Below, in pieces: positions 39,870-49,800 of a DNA stretch of 64,000 nucleotides; the stretch's first letter is position 1; each line of letters begins with the position of its first letter. Origin of the DNA: Candidatus Poribacteria bacterium (GTDB lineage Bacteria > Poribacteria > WGA-4E > WGA-3G); NCBI GenBank assembly GCA_965197475.1, contig CBDANF010000003.1, positions 512,001-576,000 on the forward strand, read 5' to 3'. The notes below the pieces were generated by a model. That model did no database searches, had not been told where the DNA came from, and saw only the letters and a program-made list of their open reading frames with translations. Position numbers and translations under genes: made by a program.

Positions 39870-39944
39870 CATGTTCGATCCGGACCAAGTCCAGTTTACC
39901 ACAAAGGAGTTTTTTGAGATGAAACTTATACCATTTCTGAATAA

Positions 39945-40555
39945 TTATATTCCATTTGCGACTTTCGTGAAATATCTAAAATTTGTGATTTGAGCAATAG
40001 CTGCCGTAGTATACTTTCTCAAGATTTGTGTGATTTTGTCCTGCATTTCCTCTATTGACCCCAATGTGTGCTGAAACAATTTGGCTTTGATGTCTTGCCA
40101 GAGTCTTTCGATCGGGTTCAACTCTGGACTATAAGGGGGTAGAAAAATCAAGGCGATGTTGTCAGGAAGTTGTAGCGATTTCGCCTGATGAAAACGACCA
40201 TTATCAAGCACAAGGACATTTAGCGTCTCTGGAAAAGTCTTTGCTAACTCATCAATGCATACTTGGAAACAGACACCATTGAGCCAGGGCATTTCAAGGA
40301 AGAAACTTTCTCCTGTTATCGGTTCCACAGCTCCGTATAGATAAAGGCTCTGGTAAGTGTGATCAACATTGGCAATCGGTTTAACACCGCGTAAGGTGGG
40401 ACGCCGAGACGACACAGGCAAAAGACCACACCTTGACTCGTCTTGGCAAAAAAGTCGGACGCTTTGAAAAGAAGATGCCTTCTCCGAAATCACCTCCTCA
40501 ACTTTGGTAGCGAAGTTAGCAACGAACGCATCACACGCTACATCGTTTTTTTTTA
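39945..40555 (-). pseudogene. IS630 transposase, C-terminal DDE part
   Basis: FCQDESR, YLYGAVEP.TG, LDNGRFH, LPPYSPELNPIERLW. Confidence 0.9.
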
Positions 40556-41694
40556 CGGAATAAGTCGTTTTGGACTTGACAAAAGTTGGAAAAGTGCGCT
40601 AAACCCTTGTAAATAAAGGGTTTTCATAGTATAATATCAGTAAGAAAATAGGGGGTATCAACCCCCTATTTGAAACTCAAAAAAGCGAGTTGCTTTTCTG
40701 GTTCACACTTATCTGATATTGTATCAGAAACTATCAGAAAAATGCAACTCCAAAAAACAGGAGTGTTTTCTGATGGATTTAATCAAGGTGATGAAGACGT
40801 TCTCAACGCAAGAGGATTGCATCGAATATCTGGAGCGGCTCCGATGGAAAGAATCGCCAGAATGCCCGCATTGTCCAAGTCTAAACGTCCGAAGGCGGAA
40901 CGAACACGAGGTTGGGCGTGTCGGACGCTGGAACTGCCACGATTGCCGTGCTACATTCAAGGTGACACACGGCACAATATTTCACGGCACGAAGATACCG
41001 CTCCAAAAGTGGTTTCTCGCTATCGCTCTCATGGCAAACGCAAAGAAAAGTTTGTCCTCCCATCAACTTGCGCGCGATTTAGGGATGAAACAGAAAGCTG
41101 CTTGGTGTCTAATGATGGCTATACGCACAGAGATGGGAAAGGATAATGTCCTACTACAAGGGGTCATTGAAGCAGATGAAACCTATATCGGTGGTAAGCG
41201 TCGCAAAGACTATGACCGGGAGGATGGTGAACCCCGTAAACGCGGACGCGGCACCGCTAAAGATGCCGTGCTGGGCGCAGTCGCACGTGGTGGACACGCC
41301 ATCGCACAACTCGTATCCAACGCCACTGGTGAGACGATCTCCGACTTCATCAACAGATTCGTCAATACCGAAGATTCTGAACTCATTACCGATCAGTATA
41401 GAAGCTACAACGAAATCGGTAAGGAAATGAAACATGAGACACTTAACCGTAGTGAGAAATGGGAGGCTGGCGACATCCATACCAATACGATGGAAGGCTT
41501 TTGGTCTTTCGTCAAGAGGGCATGGTATGGACAACAACACCACTACTCAACAAGATACACGCCCCTGTATCTCGCAGAGGCAGGCTATAAATATAACTAC
41601 CGAGAAACCAACATCTTTGAGAAGTTTCTCACCGAAAGTATAACGTGAGAAATCTGAAAAATAAAAACTTCCAAGTCCAAAACGACTTATTGCG
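40556..41694 (+). mobile_element. IS1595-family element (copy A) with 8-bp TSD
   Basis: 23-bp IRs CGGAATAAGTCGTTTTGGACTTG / CGCAATAAGTCGTTTTGGACTTG; TSD TTTTTTTA at 40548-40555 and 41695-41702. Confidence 0.92.
40773..41648 (+). CDS. IS1595-family transposase
   Basis: Zn ribbon CPHC...C..C, EADETYIGG, ITDQYRSY, HTNTMEGFWS; ATG at 40773 after a GGAG RBS. Confidence 0.92.
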   Translation: MDLIKVMKTFSTQEDCIEYLERLRWKESPECPHCPSLNVRRRNEHEVGRVGRWNCHDCRATFKVTHGTIFHGTKIPLQKWFLAIALMANAKKSLSSHQLARDLGMKQKAAWCLMMAIRTEMGKDNVLLQGVIEADETYIGGKRRKDYDREDGEPRKRGRGTAKDAVLGAVARGGHAIAQLVSNATGETISDFINRFVNTEDSELITDQYRSYNEIGKEMKHETLNRSEKWEAGDIHTNTMEGFWSFVKRAWYGQQHHYSTRYTPLYLAEAGYKYNYRETNIFEKFLTESIT

Positions 41695-42150
41695 TTTTTT
41701 TATGACTTTTGCGAGGCACTTTGAGTTTCGCATTCCATTTATACCGAACTAACGCATGAACTGTTTTATAGTGCATTTGGACACCGAAGGTTTCTTCAAT
41801 ATAATCTGTTATCTGTTGATAACTGGAAAAACCTTCTGGTTTTTGAAGTTCCGCTCGCAGCAGCTCTTGTTGTTCTTTGGATAACCGAGGGGGACGCCCG
41901 GGGAATAATCACGATCCAAAAGCGCATCAAGTTCTTCAGTCTCATAAGTCGCTATCCAGTGTCCAATCGTTTTTCGGCTGACACCTAACCTCTCAGCGAC
42001 TTGCTTGCGAGTTATTGCTTGACCACTACGAAATAGGTAAAGGGCTGTCAATCTTTGCTTTTGATAACCTACTGATGTCTTTCTCAACAGGCTTTTCAAC
42101 TCTGAAACACTTTCTGTAATCTCTGGAGGCTTTATGTGCATTGGTATCAA
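41695..42150 (-). pseudogene. IS630 transposase, N-terminal HTH part (frameshifted)
   Basis: QRL.ALYL..SG....R.QVA..LGVSRKTI..W; two 1-nt losses shift GRPPRLS.EQ and ...KLKVPRKSHKK. Confidence 0.8.
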
Positions 42151-42232
42151 TCCTATGATTTGTATAATTGGAAAAAGTATAGCAGAAATTGAAAACTTTT
42201 AAAAGGATAAATATATACAAGAAATGGTATTA

Positions 42233-42993
42233 TTACCGTTCTTCTCCTTGTTGTCCTAAGTCTCAGTGCCAATGCGTGGGCATTAAACGGCGATAAGGCA
42301 CTTATGTTATATCTCCCGTTTGACGAAGGAAACGGCGATAAATCCATGGATGCAAGCGGGAATGACATTGAAGCCACACTTCACGGTGCAACCTGGTCGA
42401 AAGATGGCAAAATTAGTGGGTGCATTCATTTGGAAAATTCAGAAAATTTTGTAGAAATTGCGTCAGTGCCTGAACTGGATATTACTGATGAACTGACAAT
42501 TCAGACATGGTTTTTCCCAGAACAAGACCAAGGTGACTCTAACCTGATGGGACGTAGGACATCTGGCAACACGGGCGGGTATTGTCTTCAGTGGAGTTCA
42601 GACACTACCGGTGCCCCGCAAATTGAGACATGGATGAATGTTGGAGGTGGATGGCAAGGGTCCCGAGGAAAACAAACTATCAAACCATCACTAAACGAAT
42701 GGTATCACGTATCTTCTACCTTTGATGGTGATATGATCCGTCAATATATTGATGGTGAGTTAGATGTTGAATACACACCACCAGCCGGTAAAATCAACAG
42801 CGTTGATGTTGTCTTCCGTATCGGCAAATCCCAAACGGGACTCGCTGGCACAGTATGCCTTGTTGACGAGGTAGCTATTTACAACCGCGCGCTCTCCGAA
42901 GACGAAATCAATCAGGATATGAACAAAGGTGTGGCTTATGCTGTGTCCCCTGGTGGCAAACTTGCTACTACATGGGCAAATCTTAAAAAGTAA
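42233..42993 (+). pseudogene. Secreted LamG/concanavalin-A-like protein with conserved C-terminal tail; start separated by the IS630
   Basis: YLPFDEG.G....D.SGN, WYHVS.TFDG...YIDG, DEVAIYNRALS; ends AVSPGGKLATTWANLKK; RBS plus ATG AAA CTT lies at 39904-39927; internal ATG at 42304. Confidence 0.8.
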
Positions 42994-43034
42994 GCCAGAT
43001 ATCTGTTATTCAGGATGTTTTTTCCAATTTTCTC

Positions 43035-43061
43035 GTAGGGGCGGGCATTCTGTCTCGCCCC
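43035..43061 (+). repeat. GTAG-REP-like palindrome
   Basis: GTAGGGGCGGGCATTCTGTCTCGCCCC. Confidence 0.55.
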
Positions 43062-43143
43062 TTTGCCTCATCTGTTATCGGTCTAACCATTGTTGTCACC
43101 CATCTTCTATAACCTACAATACCTCTTCCAAGGAGGATTCAAT

Positions 43144-43932
43144 ATGAAAACTCAGAAACTTATCATTCTAAGCATTTTGCTGAGCTTATTTCTCAGCCAA
43201 GTTGGGTTTGCTGCTGGCGGAAAGGGCAATGTGGAACAACTTGGGGAGAAGTTATACGTTTGGCATTTCGACGAAGGCTTTGGAAAAGAGACCAAAGATG
43301 CCACTGCTGGGTTAGTCGGCAGATTCAACGGTGATGTTGAGTGGACAGAGGGTATCATCGGCAAAGCCGTGCAAATGTCTGGAGAGGCAGGGAAACCGGC
43401 TTTCATTGAAGTAGCCCAATCCGATGAGATCGATATTGATGAAGCCATTACAATGATGGCGTGGATTTACCCTGATGAACTTCCAGTAGGTCTTCAGGAA
43501 AACAAATTCACAATCTTCTACAAAAACACCTACTATCTACAAATTGAACCGGGAGTAGGTCAACTCGCTTACTACTTCTACAACACAGATAATCCCGGTT
43601 ACCATATTTCCTTTGGCAGCGTGAAAGCGAAAGAATGGTCGCATGTCGCACTTGTGTGAGACGGAACAGAAGCGCGTTATTATATTAACGGTGAACATGA
43701 TGGCAAGGTCATTCCACAAAAGGGGCCGGGCAGAAGTACGCCGATTAAGACGTTGCGATTTGGGGGTGAAAATAATGCGTGCTGTCCTCGCTTCTTTCAA
43801 GGCAGCATGGATGATCTGATGTTAGCCAACTATCCGCTCTCTGAAGCAGACATCCAGAGAATCGTTAACGATACGCTTGCAGTTTCCGCTCGCGGTAAAT
43901 TGGCGACAACATGGGCAAACCTCAAGATGTGA
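43144..43932 (+). pseudogene. Secreted LamG protein with an internal TGA at a conserved Trp
   Basis: Signal peptide, WHFDEG, WSHVALV*DG (TGA at 43657-43659); frame continues to AVSARGKLATTWANLKM* at 43932. Confidence 0.8.
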
Positions 43933-44117
43933 CAGAGATATCTGTTATTTATCTAAGCGTGGTTCTCCACCTGAAAAACCTGGAACCAGCAGCAACTGTA
44001 ACTGTGATTGGACAATTTTATTTTGATATAGAAGATTATGTACTGCCATCGGAAATTTAGACCACTGTCTAAACCAAGATTGTGATATAATAACAATCTG
44101 ATTGAAAGGAGGAACCG

Positions 44118-44383
44118 ATGGCAAAACGAAGAAGATTCACTCCCGAATTTAAGGCTGAAGTTGTAATTGAGGCACTGAGCGGTCAAAGTTCACAAGCGGA
44201 GTTGTATCGCAAACATAACCTCAGTGATGTTCAACTCTCAAAGTGGAAACGCCAATTCCTTGAAAACGCGGCGACCCTCTTTGAACCTGCTGATAAGCAG
44301 ACGAATGCGTCTCAACAGCGGATTTCTCAACTTGAGCAACTCGTTGGCAGGTTGACCCTTGCCTTGGACATTCAAAAAAAAGC
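44118..44383 (+). pseudogene. IS3 transposase OrfA (HTH), truncated by the insertion
   Basis: RRRFTPEFKAEVV...L..W.RQF...I..LEQLVGRLT. Confidence 0.85.
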
Positions 44384-45369
44384 GGCTCATGTAAAAAGTA
44401 AGTGCTATTTTTTCAAAGTTATGTTAGAGTGTTACCTATGGACTTTCCAATACAATCTCTCCTGGATGAAGAAAAAACTCAAGCGTGGGTGTTGGATCAT
44501 TTCCACCTTCAAGGGCTGTGTTGCCCAAAATGCCAAGCGAGCGTGGCGGAGGCACGCAAGTTCCGTCCGACTGAAACAAGTGGTCTACAAGTGTATCGCT
44601 GCAAACACTGTGAGAGCATCTACAACCTCTATACCGGGACGGTCTTTGCTGGCACGCAGTTTCGTCCCTCACAGGTCGTTCTGCTTTTGCGCGGTGTCTG
44701 TCAAGGTGTTTCAAGTGCACAACTCGGGTGTGAACTGGGTCTAAGTCGTCAAACCGTTCTTTCTATAAGACGTAAACTCCAAACTTCGGCAGAGCAGATA
44801 CAACCCGAAGCTGCTTTACCTGATGCTGAAGTCGAAACAGATGAGATGTTTCAAAACGCCGGTGAAAAAGGCGATAAGCACGTTGATGCTTCGGATCCGC
44901 CGCGTCGGCGTGGCAATAAACGCAGGGGACATGGGACTTATGACAATGATCGTCCGCCTATTGTTGGGACGAAAGGTCGCGAAAGCGGTCTCCTGAGATT
45001 ACGTGTTGTGCGGCACACCGATTCTGCGACGCTTTCAACACACGTTCATCAGTGGACGTTGCCGACTTCAACGGTGTATACGGATGGTTGGCGTGGCTAT
45101 AACCGTATTCAGCGCGCCCGTGAGATTGTTCTCCATAAGGATGGCGAGTGGGCAAGAGACGCAGACGGTGATGGTCTTTACGAGATCCATACAAGGACGA
45201 TTGAAGGTGCCTGGACGACGCTGCGAAACTTCCTTCGTCCCTTTCGTGGCGTTCATAAAAAGTTCCTCGCCGGTTACGTCGCAATCTGTGAGTTCGTCAT
45301 GAATCTAAAAGCTGTCAGTGTTGATTTTATAGCAAAACTCGTCAAAAGCACTTACTCTTGACATGAGCG
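44384..45369 (+). mobile_element. IS1595-family element (copy B) with 8-bp TSD
   Basis: IRs GGCTCATGTAAAAAGTAAGTGCT / CGCTCATGTCAAGAGTAAGTGCT; TSD AAAAAAGC at 44376-44383 and 45370-45377. Confidence 0.92.
44438..45361 (+). CDS. IS1595-family transposase
   Basis: CPKC...YRCKHC, ETDEMFQNAGEKG, YTDGWRGY, TIEGAW..LRNFLRPFRGV. Confidence 0.9.
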   Translation: MDFPIQSLLDEEKTQAWVLDHFHLQGLCCPKCQASVAEARKFRPTETSGLQVYRCKHCESIYNLYTGTVFAGTQFRPSQVVLLLRGVCQGVSSAQLGCELGLSRQTVLSIRRKLQTSAEQIQPEAALPDAEVETDEMFQNAGEKGDKHVDASDPPRRRGNKRRGHGTYDNDRPPIVGTKGRESGLLRLRVVRHTDSATLSTHVHQWTLPTSTVYTDGWRGYNRIQRAREIVLHKDGEWARDADGDGLYEIHTRTIEGAWTTLRNFLRPFRGVHKKFLAGYVAICEFVMNLKAVSVDFIAKLVKSTYS

Positions 45370-46232
45370 AAAAAAGCCTCAACTTGGCTGAGTTGAATCC
45401 ATCTGAAAAACGAGAAATCGTAGAAACTTTGCGAACCGATTACTCTGTGCGACAGATTTGCGGGACACTTAGTTTCAATCGGAGCAGTCTCTATTATCAA
45501 CCGAAAAAGGACCCTTGTGAAGAGGTGCTCCGACAGGAAATAGAAAAGTTGTCTGTGCGTTATCCGAAATATGGTTATAGGCGTATCACAGAGTTGCTGC
45601 TACGTATGGGATACACCGTCGGATATCAACGTGTCGCACGAGTAATGAAATCAGCTAATCTGTTGGTCGCTGTCAAACGCTCCTGTCAAACTACTAAATC
45701 CCTTGACTGTCCGTGTCAATGGGGCAACCAACTTGATAACCTTGACATTTGTCGGCGGAATCAGGTCTGGGTTGCGGATGTTACATATATCCGGCTCAAA
45801 GGACACTTCGTCTATGTTTCAGTTCTAATGGATGTATTTACTCGAATGATAAGAGGTTGGCAACTGAGCCGACATTTGACACAACCTCTGACATTGAGAC
45901 CATTGCAGCAGGCAGGACGACAAAGTGTTCCAGAGATCCATCATAGTGATCAGGGAGTTCAGTATCTTTCAAGAAACTATATTTCCACTCTCACCGACTA
46001 TGGGATTGAGATTTCGTTAGCTCATAGAGGGTGTCTTTGGGAAAACGGTTATGCGGAACGGCTTATCCGAACTCTCAAGAAGGAAGAGGTCCACCTGAAT
46101 GACTATGATGATATAACGGAGGCTAAAACTCACATCGGGCATTTTATTGAACAAGTGTCCAACCAGAAACGACCTCACTCAGCGTTAGACTATTTGACAC
46201 CTATTGAATTTGAGAAAGAACACTTGTCTTAA
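45370..46232 (+). pseudogene. IS3 transposase OrfB (rve/DDE), separated from OrfA
   Basis: YGYRRI, WVADVTYI, DVFTR.I.GW, HHSDQGVQY, ENGYAER...TLK.E, RPHSAL.Y.TP. Confidence 0.9.
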
Positions 46233-46416
46233 CTTTACGAAATTCTGGTCTAAAAAATCGATGGCACTTCATTGATTATGCAATTTTAGATATACCATAT
46301 CACCGTGAACACCTGTGGGTTTTGTGTTGGTTATCTGTATCGTTATATTCCTTTTAGGTATATTCAAAACCCTATACCCACTGTAAGTGTAAATGAATTT
46401 GGTGTTATAGTTGTTT

Positions 46417-47401
46417 GGCTCATGTTATGAGTGAGTGCGTTGGACGAGTCGTGATATAAACTCAGTAGTAATAGATTTGAGATTAATAACAAATTCACAG
46501 ATAGCGATATATCCCGAAAGGAACTTTTTATGAACACCGCGAAATGGGCGGAGAAAGTTACGAACCGTTGTCCACACACCTTCAATCGTGTTGATGTGGA
46601 TTTCAAAAATACCATCCGCATCGTCATCCCTCGCCCATTCGCCATCACCATGACACACGCTCGCATGAGAACGATCAATACGATTATAGCCTCGCCATCC
46701 ATCTGTATATACAGTAGCAGTGGGGAGCGTGAACTGATGCACGTGTGATGAGAGTGTAGCACTATCGGTATGATGTGCCACACGCAATCGGACACGCTTA
46801 CTTTTGCGCCCGATCGTGCCGACTATAGGTGGACGATCATTCGCATAAGTGCCATGACCTCTGCGTTTATTACCACGCCGACGCGGTGGATCCTTCAGGT
46901 CTTTATGCGGTTCTCCTTTTTCACCTGCGTTTTGAAACATCTCATCTGTTTCTGTTGCAGTGTCCGGCAAAGCTACCTCAGGTTGCATCATCTCGGCAGA
47001 TGCCTGAAGCACACGCCGTATGGAAAGCACCGCTTGACGACTGATATTGAGTTCGCGTGCCAATTGAGCGGAAGAAAAACCTTTGCAAACACCTTGCAAA
47101 AGCAGAACTACCTGTGAAGGACGATACTGTTTTTGAGCAAACACTGTCCCACTATAGAGGTTATATACACCCTTACATACTTTACAGCGGTAAACCTTTA
47201 TGCGACTTGTTTTTGTTGTTCTAAAATAGCGTGCCTCCGCCACGCTCACATCGCAATGTGGACAGTGTAAACCCTGGGGATGGAAATGGTTTAGCAACCA
47301 TTCCGCCGCGCGTTCGTCATCAATTAAAGAAAGTATTGGAAAATCCATATGCTATACTATAGCAGAAAGAAAGAAAAAAGCACTTACTTTTTACATGAGC
47401 C
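46417..47401 (-). mobile_element. IS1595-family element (copy C, related to copy B)
   Basis: IRs GGCTCATGTTATGAGTGAGTGC / GGCTCATGTAAAAAGTAAGTGC; no clean TSD. Confidence 0.88.
46425..47348 (-). CDS. IS1595-family transposase
   Basis: Colinear paralog of 44438-45361 (CPHC, ETDEMFQNAGEKG, YTDGWRGY, HINTIEG). Confidence 0.9.
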   Translation of the reverse strand: MDFPILSLIDDERAAEWLLNHFHPQGLHCPHCDVSVAEARYFRTTKTSRIKVYRCKVCKGVYNLYSGTVFAQKQYRPSQVVLLLQGVCKGFSSAQLARELNISRQAVLSIRRVLQASAEMMQPEVALPDTATETDEMFQNAGEKGEPHKDLKDPPRRRGNKRRGHGTYANDRPPIVGTIGRKSKRVRLRVAHHTDSATLSSHVHQFTLPTATVYTDGWRGYNRIDRSHASVCHGDGEWARDDDADGIFEIHINTIEGVWTTVRNFLRPFRGVHKKFLSGYIAICEFVINLKSITTEFISRLVQRTHS

Positions 47402-47476
47402 AGGATGTTTAATCTCATTGCCATACAATAGTCATGTTTAGAAATACTGAAACATTTCTTTTGGGAGGCAGCGTTT

Positions 47477-47498
47477 GTAGTCGCGCAATTCATTGCGC
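47477..47498 (+). repeat. GTAG-REP-like palindrome
   Basis: GTAGTC-GCGCAATTCATTGCGC. Confidence 0.55.
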
Positions 47499-47605
47499 CT
47501 CTTACATACGTAGTAATGTGTTTGGAAACACATAGGAACAAATTGCATCAAAAATTATGAATCTATAATAAACAAATTTTTCAAACATTAAAAGAGGAAT
47601 GCAAT

Positions 47606-49059
47606 ATGACTCATTTTGATTTTACAAAACAAGCAATTTTCTTTTTTACACTTTTTGCCTTGTTTGGTTTCGGTGTCACATACCAAGGTGTCACTGATGA
47701 GGAAGCATCAACGCTGTCTGGACGTATTACCAATGCAGAAGGTGAACCGATTGTTGATGTGTCCGTAGTGCTTCTTTATGTCAAAAAAGATGAAAATGGA
47801 AGCGTATACCCGCTATATGACAGCAAACTGTACCCTTTCCTTGTCCAGGTACCTGCACTGTTTAACAGTGAAAAGGTGCCAAATGAACAGAAAATGCAAA
47901 AACTGCCACCATATTTAAAATCTAATACTAATTCAGATGGACGATTTGCTTTCACCAACATTGTCAAAGGGATGGGGCAATTAATGGTCTTACCTAACTT
48001 GCCATCGGGAAAGGATATACCAACCCCAAAACCAGGAGAAGGTAATTTTAGTTTCATCCCAGAAATTCAATTAATTCAGATCGGAAAAGTGTCATTTTTT
48101 CCACATCAATTCTCATTCTTCCCACCGGTTGGAGCTATAACATTTGTTATCAAACCGGGAACAAACATAGAAAACGTAGAAATCAGGGTCAGCATGGATA
48201 ACCCGCTGAGGATTCGAGGTAGAATTGTTTTTGAGAATGGTAAACCACTTTCTGACACTATCCTTCAAATTGACATAGGACAGCTCAATTTAGATGGAAC
48301 CAGTGATTATCCCTTCAGTTTTCCCGTGCCCATACAGACGGATGAAGATGGATATTTTGGGAGAAATGTTTTTAGTCCAGGAGTCTACGCGCTATCTATC
48401 AATCACCTTGGACTTTTCGCTATCTCTGAACCTTTTATACTGGACGGAGATCGACCGCATAAAGTTGTAGTTTTAACTCTTGACGGTAAGCCTGCCGAAC
48501 TCGCCGATTTACCACCTGAAAACGGGGAAACGGAACAAACATCCCATCTGTATGTTCCTAACGTTCCAGGGATGTGGATAATGAATCCTGCAAATGGACA
48601 CATTTACAAATGGATTACGTGTAATACCAGAGAGAATGCACAAAATCAAGCTTCTCTTGAAGAGGCATATCTCGTTACAATTACAAGTGAAGCAGAACAA
48701 ATATGGCTTGAAACTGTTTTTGGAGCAGGACCGTACTGGATTGGGTTGACCGATGTCCAAAAAGAGGGTGAATGGGTGTGGGACAGTGGGGAACCTTTCA
48801 AATATACGAACTGGAAAGAGAGTGATGACGATTTTTCCAACGACGTCCTGGTATTCTTAAGATCTTCGGAGTCAAAGGTAATAGGCAAACACACGAAGAA
48901 GATAAAAATGATTACGCTATTATGTCCAGCGATGATGGGAATAGGGCAGTTATAAAATGGAAGACAGTTGATTTAAAATACTCCCAACGAGGTTCGGGAC
49001 GAATGGCAGTTATTGAGAAGGACGCAGCGCAACCCGAAATATTGCAGGAGAAAAAATAA
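47606..49059 (+). CDS. Secreted protein with carboxypeptidase-regulatory-like domains and a C-terminal C-type lectin domain (frameshift near 48835)
   Basis: LSGRITNAEGEPI, TNSDGRF.F, NPANGHIY, AYLVTITSEAEQ.WL, YWIGLTD...EG.W.WDSGE...YTNW; adding one T at 48832-48836 gives DYAIM...WK.V...RMAVIEK to the stop at 49059; as written it stops at 48955. Confidence 0.75.
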
Positions 49060-49127
49060 TGATTTATAGTGAATTATGAAATAAATAAACAGATTGCGAC
49101 CTTACATGCACGGGAATCCCACCCTCG

Positions 49128-49153
49128 GTAGGCGAGGTTTCCTAACCTCGCCT
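49128..49153 (+). repeat. GTAG-REP-like palindrome
   Basis: GTAGGCGAGGTTTCCTAACCTCGCCT. Confidence 0.6.
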
Positions 49154-49355
49154 GTTCAGAGTGTCTTGTTAATTCTAAAATCTACCAAAATATGATGCAA
49201 AGCCCTCCATTGAATCTACCTATTGATTTGTGAAGGTCTCTTTTTTGTATGACAAAATGAGTTTAAAGTTCCACTCTGGAAGGAATTTCGAAAACTTAAT
49301 CACCTATCTTTCCTTGAACTTGCACGCCTTGATGTTGATAATTCAGATACACAAT

Positions 49356-49385
49356 TTGACAACAAAAACCTTAATCTGTTAAAAT
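49356..49385 (+). promoter_or_regulatory. sigma70-type promoter
   Basis: TTGACA-18 bp-TAAAAT with extended TG. Confidence 0.45.
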
Positions 49386-49538
49386 AGTAGATACCGCAGC
49401 AAATAGATATTTTTTCTCGCAACTTTTCTTAATGCCGTTGTATTAACTTCAAACCCTTACTCAACGTAAATCTATGGTAACTGCTTGACAGTGACCATAC
49501 CGACACCGCAGTGTGCTTGCCGCGTTTAAAAAACCAGT

Positions 49539-49800
49539 ATGAAAAAAGGCCCCTTGTATTTATATTATTGTTTATTGGCATAGTTTTGACGCATGCACAA
49601 ACACCGGACTGTGCAATTTCTTTCGATTGTCCTGATGATATACCGCCTGCAATGTTTCAGTTCAACCGTGAACTAATAGCACTCATATCAGCTGCTGAAC
49701 CCTTCAACATAGTGAAAATGTATACATCCACACATACGACGTAGAAGCAGGTGTTTATGACAAAATTAGTTCAATATTATAATGAAAAGATGAGGCAGAG
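49539..49800 (+). pseudogene. Degraded remnant resembling the N-terminal (DUF4252-like) region of the downstream Omp85 protein
   Basis: Signal-like LVFILLFIGIVLTHAQ, ISFD...FQFNRELIA, shifted NVYIHTYD; compare MSFNW...FDLDRRVIA...DNLYLRNY. Confidence 0.4.

Larger units (their letters stand above)
39929..42229 (-). mobile_element. IS630-family element, interrupted by an IS1595
   Basis: Terminal IRs TACCATTTCT / AGAAATGGTA flanked by TTA on both sides; HTH ORF plus DDE ORF. Confidence 0.85.
44039..46271 (+). mobile_element. IS3-family element, interrupted by an IS1595
   Basis: TG...CA ends; 26-bp IRs TGTACTGCCATCGGAAATTTAGACCA / TGAAGTGCCATCGATTTTTTAGACCA; orfA plus orfB. Confidence 0.9.

Noticed and set aside
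43657-43659. In-frame TGA at a conserved Trp in the LamG gene as a sign of a recoded genetic code or selenocysteine
   Set aside because: TGA is a normal stop for many genes here (e.g. ends at 9503, 10273, 27954), Trp is TGG elsewhere, and the position is Trp rather than Cys; a TGG>TGA nonsense change is simpler
44118-44744. 208-aa ORF as a complete protein
   Set aside because: It is IS3 orfA reading through into the inserted IS1595; only the first 88 or so codons are genuine
44384-47401. IS1595 copies B and C as ends of a composite transposon
   Set aside because: Copy B has its own matching 8-bp TSD, the two transposases are clearly diverged, and the outer flanks share no duplication
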